From the NCBI GenBank assembly GCA_041645215.1, contig JBAZQK010000004.1, positions 2,475-66,474 on the forward strand: a DNA stretch of 64,000 bases, given 5' to 3'. Below are positions 18,259 through 26,998 of the stretch, in pieces. Numbering within the stretch: the first letter of the stretch is position 1; each line of letters begins with the position of its first letter. The DNA is from Patescibacteria group bacterium (GTDB taxonomy: Bacteria > Patescibacteriota > Patescibacteriia > Veblenbacterales > UBA10138). The translations under genes and the position numbers were made by a program. A model generated the notes under the pieces. It saw only the letters and a program-made list of their open reading frames with translations. It was not told where the DNA came from and did no database searches.

Positions 18259-18395
18259 ATATATATTTCAATTACTTGATTATTCTTTAAGTATAACAGA
18301 AAATACTAACAAAGGAAAATACTCCCCGCTCGTGCCCGACTCGTCTGACGTTCCCCCGTTCGAGTTCCACGCATTCACAAAATAAAATAAAAAAA

Positions 18396-19289
18396 TTATT
18401 TTTCTTTTAATATAAAATGTTCAAAAATATACATTGCATCTTCGTTTCCGTATTTTTTAGCCATCTTATTAAAAAAATCTAAAACTGGTTTAGCCAAAAC
18501 ATTATCTACTTTTTGATTTTTAACAATTTCATTAAAGATATTCATATCTTTAGCCATGTACTTAAGATAGAAACCTATACTGGGATGTTTTTTACCCAAC
18601 CTACTTTTAATGGAAATACTTAAGGCGCTATTATTCCCAGAACTTTCGGATATTACTTCAACAGCTTTACGTAAATCTATATTGTTTTTCTTCAGGATTA
18701 TTAAACCTTGAGTACTGGCTAATAAATTCATGGCAAAAATAAAATTATTAAGTGCTTTAACATATAGACCTGAACCAAAAGACCCCAGATGTATAACAAA
18801 TGTACCCATAGATTTAAAAATTGGTAAACATTTTTGAAAAGCTTTTTTGTCGCCCCCTACCATAATTGACAAAGTACCTTTTACTGCCGCCTTCTGCCCT
18901 CTCGATACTGGAGCATCTAACATAACAACTCCTTTCTTTTTTAATATCCTCATTATTTTCAGGCTTTCCATTGGATTAGAAGTGCTCATGTCAATTACAA
19001 TCTGCCCTCTCTTTAGGCCTGCGAGTAATCCATCTTTACCAAACATAACTTGCTTAGTTTCTTTTGAGCTAGGTAACATTAAAATTACAATCTCACTTTC
19101 CAAGGCTACTTGTATTGGTTTTTTAGCAACACCTAAACCAGATTTTTCCAATTCATCTAGTACTTCTTTGGAGCGATTATAACCAGTAATTTTATAGCCA
19201 TTTTTAATGAGATTTTTGGCCATATATTTACCCATCTGGCCTAGCCCAATAAATCCTAATTTATACTTTTTCATAAATTTATTATACAT
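18396..19289 (-). CDS. NAD(P)-binding beta-hydroxyacid dehydrogenase (3-hydroxyisobutyrate/6-phosphogluconate dehydrogenase-like)
   Basis: N-terminal Rossmann motif KLGFIGLGQMGKYMAKNL. Length and layout typical of the HIBADH family. Confidence 0.8.
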   Translation of the reverse strand: MYNKFMKKYKLGFIGLGQMGKYMAKNLIKNGYKITGYNRSKEVLDELEKSGLGVAKKPIQVALESEIVILMLPSSKETKQVMFGKDGLLAGLKRGQIVIDMSTSNPMESLKIMRILKKKGVVMLDAPVSRGQKAAVKGTLSIMVGGDKKAFQKCLPIFKSMGTFVIHLGSFGSGLYVKALNNFIFAMNLLASTQGLIILKKNNIDLRKAVEVISESSGNNSALSISIKSRLGKKHPSIGFYLKYMAKDMNIFNEIVKNQKVDNVLAKPVLDFFNKMAKKYGNEDAMYIFEHFILKEK

Positions 19290-19328
19290 TATATAATCAT
19301 TAGGTTCTAACCTTCATTTGTCCTATAC

Positions 19329-19360
19329 AAAAATCCCCAATATCTATTGGGGATTTTTGG
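19329..19360. terminator. bidirectional intrinsic terminator hairpin
   Basis: aaaaATCCCCAATatctATTGGGGATttttgg: 10-bp stem with T-runs on both strands. Confidence 0.6.
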
Positions 19361-19364
19361 TATG

Positions 19365-19600
19365 GCTTCGGGGGTGGACTTCCGCCACCGGCGGATAAAC
19401 TACCCCATCCGCCAGGGCGGACCGCGGACGGACTCTACCACTTAACTCTTACATATCGTCGTCCTCCTTAGGAGGACTCCTCGGGTTAGCCACCGCCTCG
19501 CAGTCCGCCTTGGGCGGACATTGCTCCGGCGTTCTCGTCCCAACGCGAGTGAAGCAGTTCACTCGCTCCCCCTAAAAAAACAATAATAAAATCACCCACC
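19365..19600 (-). ncRNA. candidate structured ncRNA (unidentified family)
   Basis: About 235-bp GC-rich (~60%) non-coding segment in a ~40% GC genome. Multiple hairpins (gtcctccttaggaggac). Followed on the minus strand by the terminator at 19329-19360. No coding frame. Confidence 0.25.
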
Positions 19601-19852
19601 TTGATGGTGAGTGATTGTATTATTGCTCGAACGATGATATGATTATAGAACAACTGACTGGGCAACCGAGCTTGAATACCCAGAGTTTACCCTGAAACAA
19701 ACTCAGCAACTCTTAGCCGTAATCTAATCCTCAGACTAACTCTTTTATATAAAGGGTAAACCATTTTCATTTTAGGTTTAAGTATAGTTTATCAGATTAT
19801 TAAGCTCAAAGAAACAAGAAGAGAAGCCTTAAATTTGGTATAATCTGGTGTT

Positions 19853-22087
19853 ATGAGGCATATTATTTTTGCTGTCTTGATCATTTTTTTAGCAATTGGT
19901 CTTATTGCCGTTGTTTTTACTTATAATCAAGCCAATCAGGAACAACAGAGGTTAGCCCTTGATTTGCAATACCGTTCCGATTTACTCGCCAGAAGTCTTC
20001 GGGAAACAATCGAACCAAATTTTATAAACAAATCGAACGATTATCTCCAAACACTCGTTGAAAAATTTGCCAACCGTGAAAGATTTGCGGGGATGGCGAT
20101 TTACGATAATAAAGATAACATCGTAGCCATATCATCTGATTTACCAAAAGAGCTATCTGCTTCGCAACAAATTGTAACAGAGGTTATGGATGCGGACAAA
20201 GCAAACGGGGATTTTTCAAATTTGAATGATAAAAATTACTATCTTTTCGCCATGCCTCTACACGATAAAGACAGTGTTGTTGGTGCGGTAATGATTGTTC
20301 AAAATGCAGGTTATATTGACGGAAGGCTTACAGAAATATGGAAAAACAACTTAACAAGATTATTCTTACAAACCTCGCTTCTTGTAATAGCGTTACTTCT
20401 TCTTATCAGATGGTTGATCTTTGCTCCAATCAGAAGCCTTGCGGAGTCGTTAAAATCTGTAAGAGCAGGAAATGATAACACAAATAAACAGTTATCAAAC
20501 TCCTTATTTCTACAGCCTCTTACAAAAGAAATCTCAGGTATCAGGAGAAGCCTTTTAGAAGCAAGGCTTGCGGCAAGTGAGGAAGCAAAGGTAAATTTGG
20601 AAAGATTAGATTCTCCCTGGACAGCTGAAAGATTAAAACAATTCGTCAAAAACACTCTTGAAGATAGGACAATTGTTGTCGTGTCCAACAGAGAGCCTTA
20701 TATACATACCAAAGTTGGCAATAAGATAAATTATTATTTTCCTGCAAGTGGTATGGTCACCGCCATAGAACCTGTAATGCGGGCTTGCGGAGGGACATGG
20801 ATTGCCCATGGAAGTGGAGATGCCGATAGGCTCGTGGTTGATAAAGACAATAGACTGCAAGTTCCACCTGATGAACCTAAATATACCCTCAAGCGGGTTT
20901 GGTTGACAGAGGAAGAAGAAAAAGGACATTATTATGGTTTTTCCAATGAGGGATTATGGGCATTATGCCACATAGCACATACCCGACCGATTTTCAGGAA
21001 AGAAGATTGGGAAGAATATAAAAAGGTAAACGGCAAATTTGCTCAAGCCGTGCTTTCGGAAATAAGAAACTTACAAAAACCGATTATCTTCATTCAAGAC
21101 TTTCATTTTGCATTACTGCCGAGAATGATAAAAAGAAGTAGACCTGATGCGACAATAGGTTTGTTTTGGCATGTCCCTTGGGTAAGTGCAGAATCTTTTA
21201 GCATCTGTCCCTGGAAGAAAGAGATTTTAGACGGAATGTTGGGCGCGGATCTTGTAGGATTTCATACGCAACTTCACTGTAACAATTTTATTGAAACTGT
21301 CGGGAGAGAACTTGAGTCTTTAATTGATTTTGAACAATTTACCGTTACTCGAAACGAACATGTGTCTTTTATTAAACCATTTCCTATCAGTATTGCTTTT
21401 TCCAACGGCTACGAATATCAAGCAAGAGATAAGGAAGAAAAATATAATAGTCAAAAACTCTTAAAAAATTTGGGCGTTGCTACAAAACTCGTTGGCGTTG
21501 GAGTCGACCGATTAGACTATACCAAAGGAATCCTTGAACGCCTGAAGGCAATCGAAATTTTTCTAAAGAAGTATCCTTCTTACCAAGGTCATTTTACTTT
21601 TATTCAGATTGCCGCACCCTCAAGAAGTAAAATAAAGAAATATCGAGAGTTTGCCCAAGAAGTAGAAAAGGAAGTTGAGCGAATAAACACACTATTTAGC
21701 GCTAAAGGTTGGAAACCAATCTTTTTGATAGAAAGACATCATGACCATGAAGAAATCAACCAATTTTATAAACTGGCTGATTTTTGCTTAGTAACCTCTC
21801 TTCATGATGGAATGAATCTGGTCGCCAAAGAGTTTGTTGCCAGCAGAAGCGACGAGAAGGGCGTTCTTATTCTAAGTCAATTTACAGGCGCTTCAAGAGA
21901 GTTAAAAGATGCTTTAATTGTTAATCCTTATAACGGAGAACAGACCGCTGAAGCTATCCATACTGCTTTAGAAATGCCTCCTTCCGAGCAAACAAAGCGC
22001 ATGAAAAAATTACGGGAAACGGTAAAAAATCATAATGCCTATCGCTGGTCAGCAGAGTTTTTAAAAACGATGGTGAATTTAGGATAA
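19853..22087 (+). CDS. otsA: trehalose-6-phosphate synthase (OtsA, GT20) with N-terminal two-TM sensor-like extension
   Basis: Residues ~265-744 match GT20 hallmarks (IVVVSNREPY, FIQDFHFALLPRMI, GFHTQLHCNNF, VDRLDYTKGI). The N-terminal ~260 aa contain TM1, a ~150-aa extracytoplasmic segment, TM2 and a HAMP-like linker. Confidence 0.85.
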   Translation: MRHIIFAVLIIFLAIGLIAVVFTYNQANQEQQRLALDLQYRSDLLARSLRETIEPNFINKSNDYLQTLVEKFANRERFAGMAIYDNKDNIVAISSDLPKELSASQQIVTEVMDADKANGDFSNLNDKNYYLFAMPLHDKDSVVGAVMIVQNAGYIDGRLTEIWKNNLTRLFLQTSLLVIALLLLIRWLIFAPIRSLAESLKSVRAGNDNTNKQLSNSLFLQPLTKEISGIRRSLLEARLAASEEAKVNLERLDSPWTAERLKQFVKNTLEDRTIVVVSNREPYIHTKVGNKINYYFPASGMVTAIEPVMRACGGTWIAHGSGDADRLVVDKDNRLQVPPDEPKYTLKRVWLTEEEEKGHYYGFSNEGLWALCHIAHTRPIFRKEDWEEYKKVNGKFAQAVLSEIRNLQKPIIFIQDFHFALLPRMIKRSRPDATIGLFWHVPWVSAESFSICPWKKEILDGMLGADLVGFHTQLHCNNFIETVGRELESLIDFEQFTVTRNEHVSFIKPFPISIAFSNGYEYQARDKEEKYNSQKLLKNLGVATKLVGVGVDRLDYTKGILERLKAIEIFLKKYPSYQGHFTFIQIAAPSRSKIKKYREFAQEVEKEVERINTLFSAKGWKPIFLIERHHDHEEINQFYKLADFCLVTSLHDGMNLVAKEFVASRSDEKGVLILSQFTGASRELKDALIVNPYNGEQTAEAIHTALEMPPSEQTKRMKKLRETVKNHNAYRWSAEFLKTMVNLG

Positions 22088-22104
22088 GTATCACAATTTC
22101 TATT

Positions 22105-23247
22105 ATGAGAATTGCCATAGTATGTTCAAATTACTTTAATATCGATAAAAAAACCAAAAAAGGAACGGAGATATTTTCTTATATCCTGATAAATAACTTA
22201 GTTAAGTATGCCAAAAACAAGAATTTAGACATAACCGCTTTTGCTTCAGGTGCATCCCGACTACCAGTAAAGATTGAAAGTATCGACTCTAATCCTTCTT
22301 TCTCAGACAAAAATGTTATTTTAAACGGCAAACATATTATTTTTGAGTTAGCCCTTATCTCCAAGGCGATATCTGAGCAAGATAACTTTGATCTTTACCA
22401 TATTAATATTGGCGATGGGGATATTGTGCTTCCCTTCGTCCCTTTTGTTAAAAAACCTATTTTGATTACCTTACATCATATAATAGATGCGGAATTTACA
22501 AGAAAATATTTCTCTTTGTTCAAGCAAAATAAAAATGTTTTCTTTGTCTCTGTTAGCAATGCCCAAAGAAAGATATTGCCTGATTTGAATTATGTAGCAA
22601 CAATTTATCACGGAATAGATACTGAAACATTCAAATTTAATTCGGAAGGTGGAGAAACGATCATGTGGGCTGGCAGGGCAATTCCTGAAAAAGGCATAGA
22701 AATAGCAGTAGAAGTAGCAAATAGGATTAAAAAAGAAGCTAAACTGTTTGGAATTACTAAAAAAGAACATCATGGTTGGTTACAGGAAAAAGTTGTTGCA
22801 AAGATTAATTCTAATAATCATCCCTTGCCGATTTCTTTTATCGCAGATAAAGAAAGATCTCAGTTGGTAAATCATTTTCAAGCAAGTAAACTATTTCTCT
22901 TCCCTGTTCAATATGAAGAGGCATTTGGACTCGTTCTCATAGAATCGATGAGCTGTGGCACACCAGTTGTAGCATATGCCAGAGGCTCGATACCTGAAAT
23001 CATCAAAGACGGTGAAACGGGTTTCATTATTAACTCTTCGAATGCTGATAAACGAGGAAACTGGACTATTAAAAAAACAGGAATAGAGGGATTATGTGAA
23101 GCGGTTGAAAAGATATACTCAATGCCCGAAGAAGAATATAAAAAGATGCGAGATAACTGCCGCAAGCATGTTGAGAAAAATTTCACAGTAAAACGAATGG
23201 TATGGGAATATGAGGAGTTATACGAAAGGCTACTTTCGAAAAGTTAG
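22105..23247 (+). CDS. glycosyltransferase family 4 (GT-B, E-x7-E motif)
   Basis: EEAFGLVLIESMSCGTPVVAYARGSIPEII C-terminal GT4 signature. Immediately downstream of otsA. Confidence 0.85.
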   Translation: MRIAIVCSNYFNIDKKTKKGTEIFSYILINNLVKYAKNKNLDITAFASGASRLPVKIESIDSNPSFSDKNVILNGKHIIFELALISKAISEQDNFDLYHINIGDGDIVLPFVPFVKKPILITLHHIIDAEFTRKYFSLFKQNKNVFFVSVSNAQRKILPDLNYVATIYHGIDTETFKFNSEGGETIMWAGRAIPEKGIEIAVEVANRIKKEAKLFGITKKEHHGWLQEKVVAKINSNNHPLPISFIADKERSQLVNHFQASKLFLFPVQYEEAFGLVLIESMSCGTPVVAYARGSIPEIIKDGETGFIINSSNADKRGNWTIKKTGIEGLCEAVEKIYSMPEEEYKKMRDNCRKHVEKNFTVKRMVWEYEELYERLLSKS

Positions 23248-23440
23248 TCCTTTAATTATAAGCAAGTTAGATATGAAAGACCCAGAGGTTTTGGAGAAGG
23301 CAAAACAGGCAGAAGAATGGTGCAAGATCACTTCAGGAGCGACTAAAAAGAAGTGGATCTACAAACTTCTGCCCCATACAGCAGTAAGTAGAATTAACAG
23401 TTTTGACGCTATTATCAGTAGCGCTTACAAAATTAACTAG
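23210..23440 (+). pseudogene. orphan fragment resembling the C-terminus of restriction-enzyme helicase subunits
   Basis: VLEKAKQAEEWCKITSGATKKKWIYKLL resembles the conserved C-terminal (ekakaa..Wc....g..kW.Y.l) tail of Res/HsdR-type proteins. No upstream catalytic domains. Overlaps the GT4 stop. Confidence 0.25.
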
Positions 23441-23645
23441 ACATGCAAATCCATGAAAAACATAAACGACCTATTAACTGAATTAGTTAAGGATTCAACC
23501 TTACAGAGCAGTGAACTAGAGAAGTAATATCTAAATTTAAAAGTGTTGATTTTAGAGCGTTTGAGGTAAAAAAAGGACAGGTGCCAATGTAATCCACCCG
23601 AAGGGTGGGATGAGTGGGGCAGGCCATTGAGCTACACATAGAAAC

Positions 23646-23800
23646 TTGGCTCCGAACGCTGAACGAAATCCGAACTTTTTTTAGCGAAAATCCGAACGCT
23701 GAATTTTGAAAAACTTTTAAGCTCGGGCGGGCAAAAAGGAAGGGGGTTGGGGGGAAGGAATTTTTGCCCGTCCTCGCTTTTCCGCCGCCGCCGAATTTCG
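23646..23800. repeat. IR-A copy 1 (155 bp), begins with core TTGGCTCCG
   Basis: 100% identical inverted copy at 26624..26780. Internal sub-repeats tccgaacgctgaa x2 and a G-rich hairpin gggcaaaaaggaagggggttggggggaaggaatttttgccc. Confidence 0.9.
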
Positions 23801-23848
23801 TGCCAACTTCGTTGGCGCGCCGCCTATAAATTTAAAAATTCATTCTTT

Positions 23849-26230
23849 TTAATTCTTATGAAATTTCCAAACAACGTCATAGGCCAAATCCGCAAGTTCT
23901 TCTTGTCTTTCTCTTATTTCTTTCTCGCCCCATTTATAATTAAGTTTTTCAAATTCTTTGATTAACTTTTTATTAATTTCTAAATCAGACCTCCTAAATT
24001 CACCAACTTTTTCTTGCAACTTTTTATTTCCAACTAAACCATTTATTTTTTTAGCTATTAATGTTAAGTTGCCTAACATATTAACATAATTCTTTATTTC
24101 TTTTTTAGTTAGCGACCATTGAGAGGGATCCTGCGGTAAAACATGTTCGATATTAACCTTTGTAAAATTTAAAGTTTTCTCTTCGGTTGCAGATAATGCC
24201 TTTTCTATATTGGAGAGAATGTAAAGAACAAGTTGATAATTTCTGTACTCAATTTCTAAAAACTTCTCTTTAAATAATGACTTATTCGGATAAGAAAGGT
24301 TTTTTTCGAACTGCGATAATGCTCTTTGTACATTTTTGATTATATTTTCCTTGCTACTAGAATTCTCTATAGCTTTTCTGACCTCCTTCGCAGCGTTGAA
24401 ATAAACCCTTTCTACAACGTTCCCAGATAATTTGCAAACGGCAGAATATGCAAAATGGTACCTTTCAATTACTTTAAAAATTTCGCTGAAATCATACTCA
24501 ATCTTGTCTTTATTCATCAATAAACATAGCACCAACGAATAACATTGAGTTATCCCCATGATCCTTAATCCGGCCATGGCCTCGTTAATTTTCTGAGCTG
24601 TTTTCTTTTCTTGAAAATCCTCTAACCAATCTTCGGGACTTATTGAATCATTAGCAATTTTATAATAAAATCCAGAAGCCTTCTGTAATTCTTGCAAGAA
24701 CGCCCTTGGATCGCCCTTAACTTCGTTTTTTATTTCTTTGTAAAGTTTCTTTTCTGGAACAAAAGAATATCTCGAAAGCCAAAAATATCTAATAAATTTT
24801 GAAACATTCAATGGTCCTCTTGCGCTTTCAACGTTATTCTCAATGTTACTCCAAATATCCTTCGCAACATCTTCTCCCCCAGGAGTTTTCGGCAACTTAC
24901 CAAAAAGATAGTTCTTTAATAAATCAGCCGCTGTTAGGTCTGCTCCGCGTGCGTTGACGGTTTCAAATATAGAATATGCGTCTTCTTCATTTTCTATCTT
25001 TATTAAAATTATTTTTAAACTAAATATTCTTGCTTTAAAATCGTCTAAACATTTAACTTTATCTTCTAAATTAAATTGATTAAGATCTTCGCTTATTTTG
25101 TCTCGGATAAACTCATAATTAGATTTTATTAATTTTTCCTCTTTTGTTTTTGGCTTAGAGGCTAGAATATTAGAATCTTGCTTCTGGATATGTTCCGTAA
25201 AAAAGTTGTTCAACGAATCTCCGCACTTTAATCTGTTTTCTTGTTTCGCAGTAACAGGATCTTTGCGTGCTATTATACTTTGCGTAAGAATCGATTTTTC
25301 AGTTTGATCTAATTCTTTGTATTTATCTCTAATAACGGCCATCAATATGGTTAATGTTATTAACCTTTGCTGACCGTCTATAACCTCAACAAAACCGTCT
25401 TCATCGTATCTTTCATAGTTGAAGACAAAAGATCCTAAAAAAGTGCTCTCTCCACTAATCAAATCACCCCACAAATCGGAAACTTGATCATTGGTCCACG
25501 AATATGGTCTTTGATATCTCGGTATCTTATATTTTTCCTCACCATCATATAAAATAGCCCTTAGCTCTATATCGACAGCACGAAAATCCAATTTATCGAT
25601 TTTTTGCCTATTATAACTAATGGTATTATACTTCATATTGTTCCCACTTTTTACATCAGAATTTTCTAAATTATCTTCCGTTTGTTTGTCGTTTTTTCTT
25701 GTTTTAATTTTTGTATCTTTCTTTTTCTGAATCATTTTGTCAGTAATTATATACGATTTCTTAATTTTCATAAGTCTCTTTTCGGATAACGGGTATTCCT
25801 TTTTATCTTTTTGAGAGCCCTCCAAAAGATTTTTAATCGTGTTGCCATCTTCCTCGTTTAACCTATTCGGGGACCCTCGTCTGATCCCTCCCCATTTTTT
25901 GGCTATCGTTAATTCAGAAACGATCCGATCTGCTGGAACGCTATGCAAAAGATCTAAAGTTATTACCGGCTCAATATCCATTAAGCATGGGAATGGTCCG
26001 CCTCTCCAAACTTTCTTTGATGCCTCATGGCTAAAATACGGTTTTGAGATTACTTTTAAGATGCCCGAAAAACGCATTTCTCCTGTTATATAACAAACTA
26101 AAAAATCTCCGGGTTTAATTTGCTGGGTTAAATGCCATCTATTTTCGCGAAACCCACTTAATTTAAAATTATTCTTTTTTGCTTCCTCCCAGGTTTCAGG
26201 AGTGAATAAATCTAACCAATATTGAGTCAT
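23849..26230 (-). CDS. GmrSD-like type IV restriction endonuclease (EVE/PUA-like N-domain + DUF262 + DUF1524)
   Basis: N-terminal EVE-like modified-base reader fold pattern. DUF262 motifs YQRPYSW and DGQQRLITL. C-terminal DUF1524/HNH-like NIEHVLPQ. 793 aa. Confidence 0.8.
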   Translation of the reverse strand: MTQYWLDLFTPETWEEAKKNNFKLSGFRENRWHLTQQIKPGDFLVCYITGEMRFSGILKVISKPYFSHEASKKVWRGGPFPCLMDIEPVITLDLLHSVPADRIVSELTIAKKWGGIRRGSPNRLNEEDGNTIKNLLEGSQKDKKEYPLSEKRLMKIKKSYIITDKMIQKKKDTKIKTRKNDKQTEDNLENSDVKSGNNMKYNTISYNRQKIDKLDFRAVDIELRAILYDGEEKYKIPRYQRPYSWTNDQVSDLWGDLISGESTFLGSFVFNYERYDEDGFVEVIDGQQRLITLTILMAVIRDKYKELDQTEKSILTQSIIARKDPVTAKQENRLKCGDSLNNFFTEHIQKQDSNILASKPKTKEEKLIKSNYEFIRDKISEDLNQFNLEDKVKCLDDFKARIFSLKIILIKIENEEDAYSIFETVNARGADLTAADLLKNYLFGKLPKTPGGEDVAKDIWSNIENNVESARGPLNVSKFIRYFWLSRYSFVPEKKLYKEIKNEVKGDPRAFLQELQKASGFYYKIANDSISPEDWLEDFQEKKTAQKINEAMAGLRIMGITQCYSLVLCLLMNKDKIEYDFSEIFKVIERYHFAYSAVCKLSGNVVERVYFNAAKEVRKAIENSSSKENIIKNVQRALSQFEKNLSYPNKSLFKEKFLEIEYRNYQLVLYILSNIEKALSATEEKTLNFTKVNIEHVLPQDPSQWSLTKKEIKNYVNMLGNLTLIAKKINGLVGNKKLQEKVGEFRRSDLEINKKLIKEFEKLNYKWGEKEIRERQEELADLAYDVVWKFHKN

Positions 26231-26235
26231 ATGTT

Positions 26236-26445
26236 TTATTTCATTAAATTATCAAGCGAAACGCCGAGCGCGTCCGCAATTTTTTTGACTGTATCAATAG
26301 TAGGGTTGGGTGTCGAGCCCGCTTCAATTTTAGCGATAGTATGAAAAGCCAAATTTGCCTTTTTTGATAAGACATCTTGAGAAATACCGAGCTTATTTCG
26401 GAATTTCTTTATATTCTCGGCGATTGTGGATTTTTCGTTTGACAT
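26236..26445 (-). CDS. XRE-family helix-turn-helix transcriptional regulator
   Basis: 69 aa with canonical Cro/CI HTH (LGISQDVLSKKANLAFHTIAKIEAG). Forms an operon with the GmrSD-like gene. Confidence 0.85.
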   Translation of the reverse strand: MSNEKSTIAENIKKFRNKLGISQDVLSKKANLAFHTIAKIEAGSTPNPTIDTVKKIADALGVSLDNLMK

Positions 26446-26623
26446 ATTCGTATAGTTTTACTACGATAGTTAGTAGATAACCATGATCATAACTTATCAC
26501 TAGTTAGTATATGAAATTTTTACAATTTAGTCAAACGAAATTAGGGAGTTCCTTGATGTTGCGCGCGAATGGGCAGGGTGGGTCAAGCGCAACTGTATTG
26601 GCGGCGCATTTCGCAAAGCGAAA

Positions 26624-26780
26624 TACGAAATTCGGCGGCGGCGGAAAAGCGAGGACGGGCAAAAATTCCTTCCCCCCAACCCCCTTCCTTTTTGCCCGCC
26701 CGAGCTTAAAAGTTTTTCAAAATTCAGCGTTCGGATTTTCGCTAAAAAAAGTTCGGATTTCGTTCAGCGTTCGGAGCCAA
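26624..26780. repeat. IR-A copy 2 (inverted), ends with core GGAGCCAA
   Basis: Reverse complement of 23646..23800 with no mismatches. Confidence 0.9.
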
Positions 26781-26898
26781 ATTGTATGTTGTGAGTTTAT
26801 TGCCTCGGCGCTTCGCGCCTCGGCAGGCAGGTTGTATAGTATTTGCCAAGATTTTTTGGGTTCAATCGCCACCTTTTGCGAAAGCAAAACGCGGTTCG
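26772..26898. repeat. IR-B copy 1 (126 bp), begins with core GGAGCCAA
   Basis: Reverse complement of 28347..28472 with no mismatches. Shares the 9-bp core with IR-A copy 2. Confidence 0.9.
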
Positions 26899-26998
26899 CC
26901 GTTGCAAAGCAACGGATAAACGAAGTTTATGAGCCAATCCTTTTATTTCCGCCAAAGGCGGAAAGCAAAGCGATAATTTTTAATAGCCCAAAAACGAT

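Noticed and set aside
19365-19600. RNase P RNA / SRP RNA / 6S RNA identity for the GC-rich block
   Set aside because: Lacks GGAAAGUCCGGGCUCC (P4) and ACAGAA..CGGCUUA motifs, and the SRP GGAAGGAAGCAGC domain-IV motif. Kept only as an unclassified ncRNA candidate.
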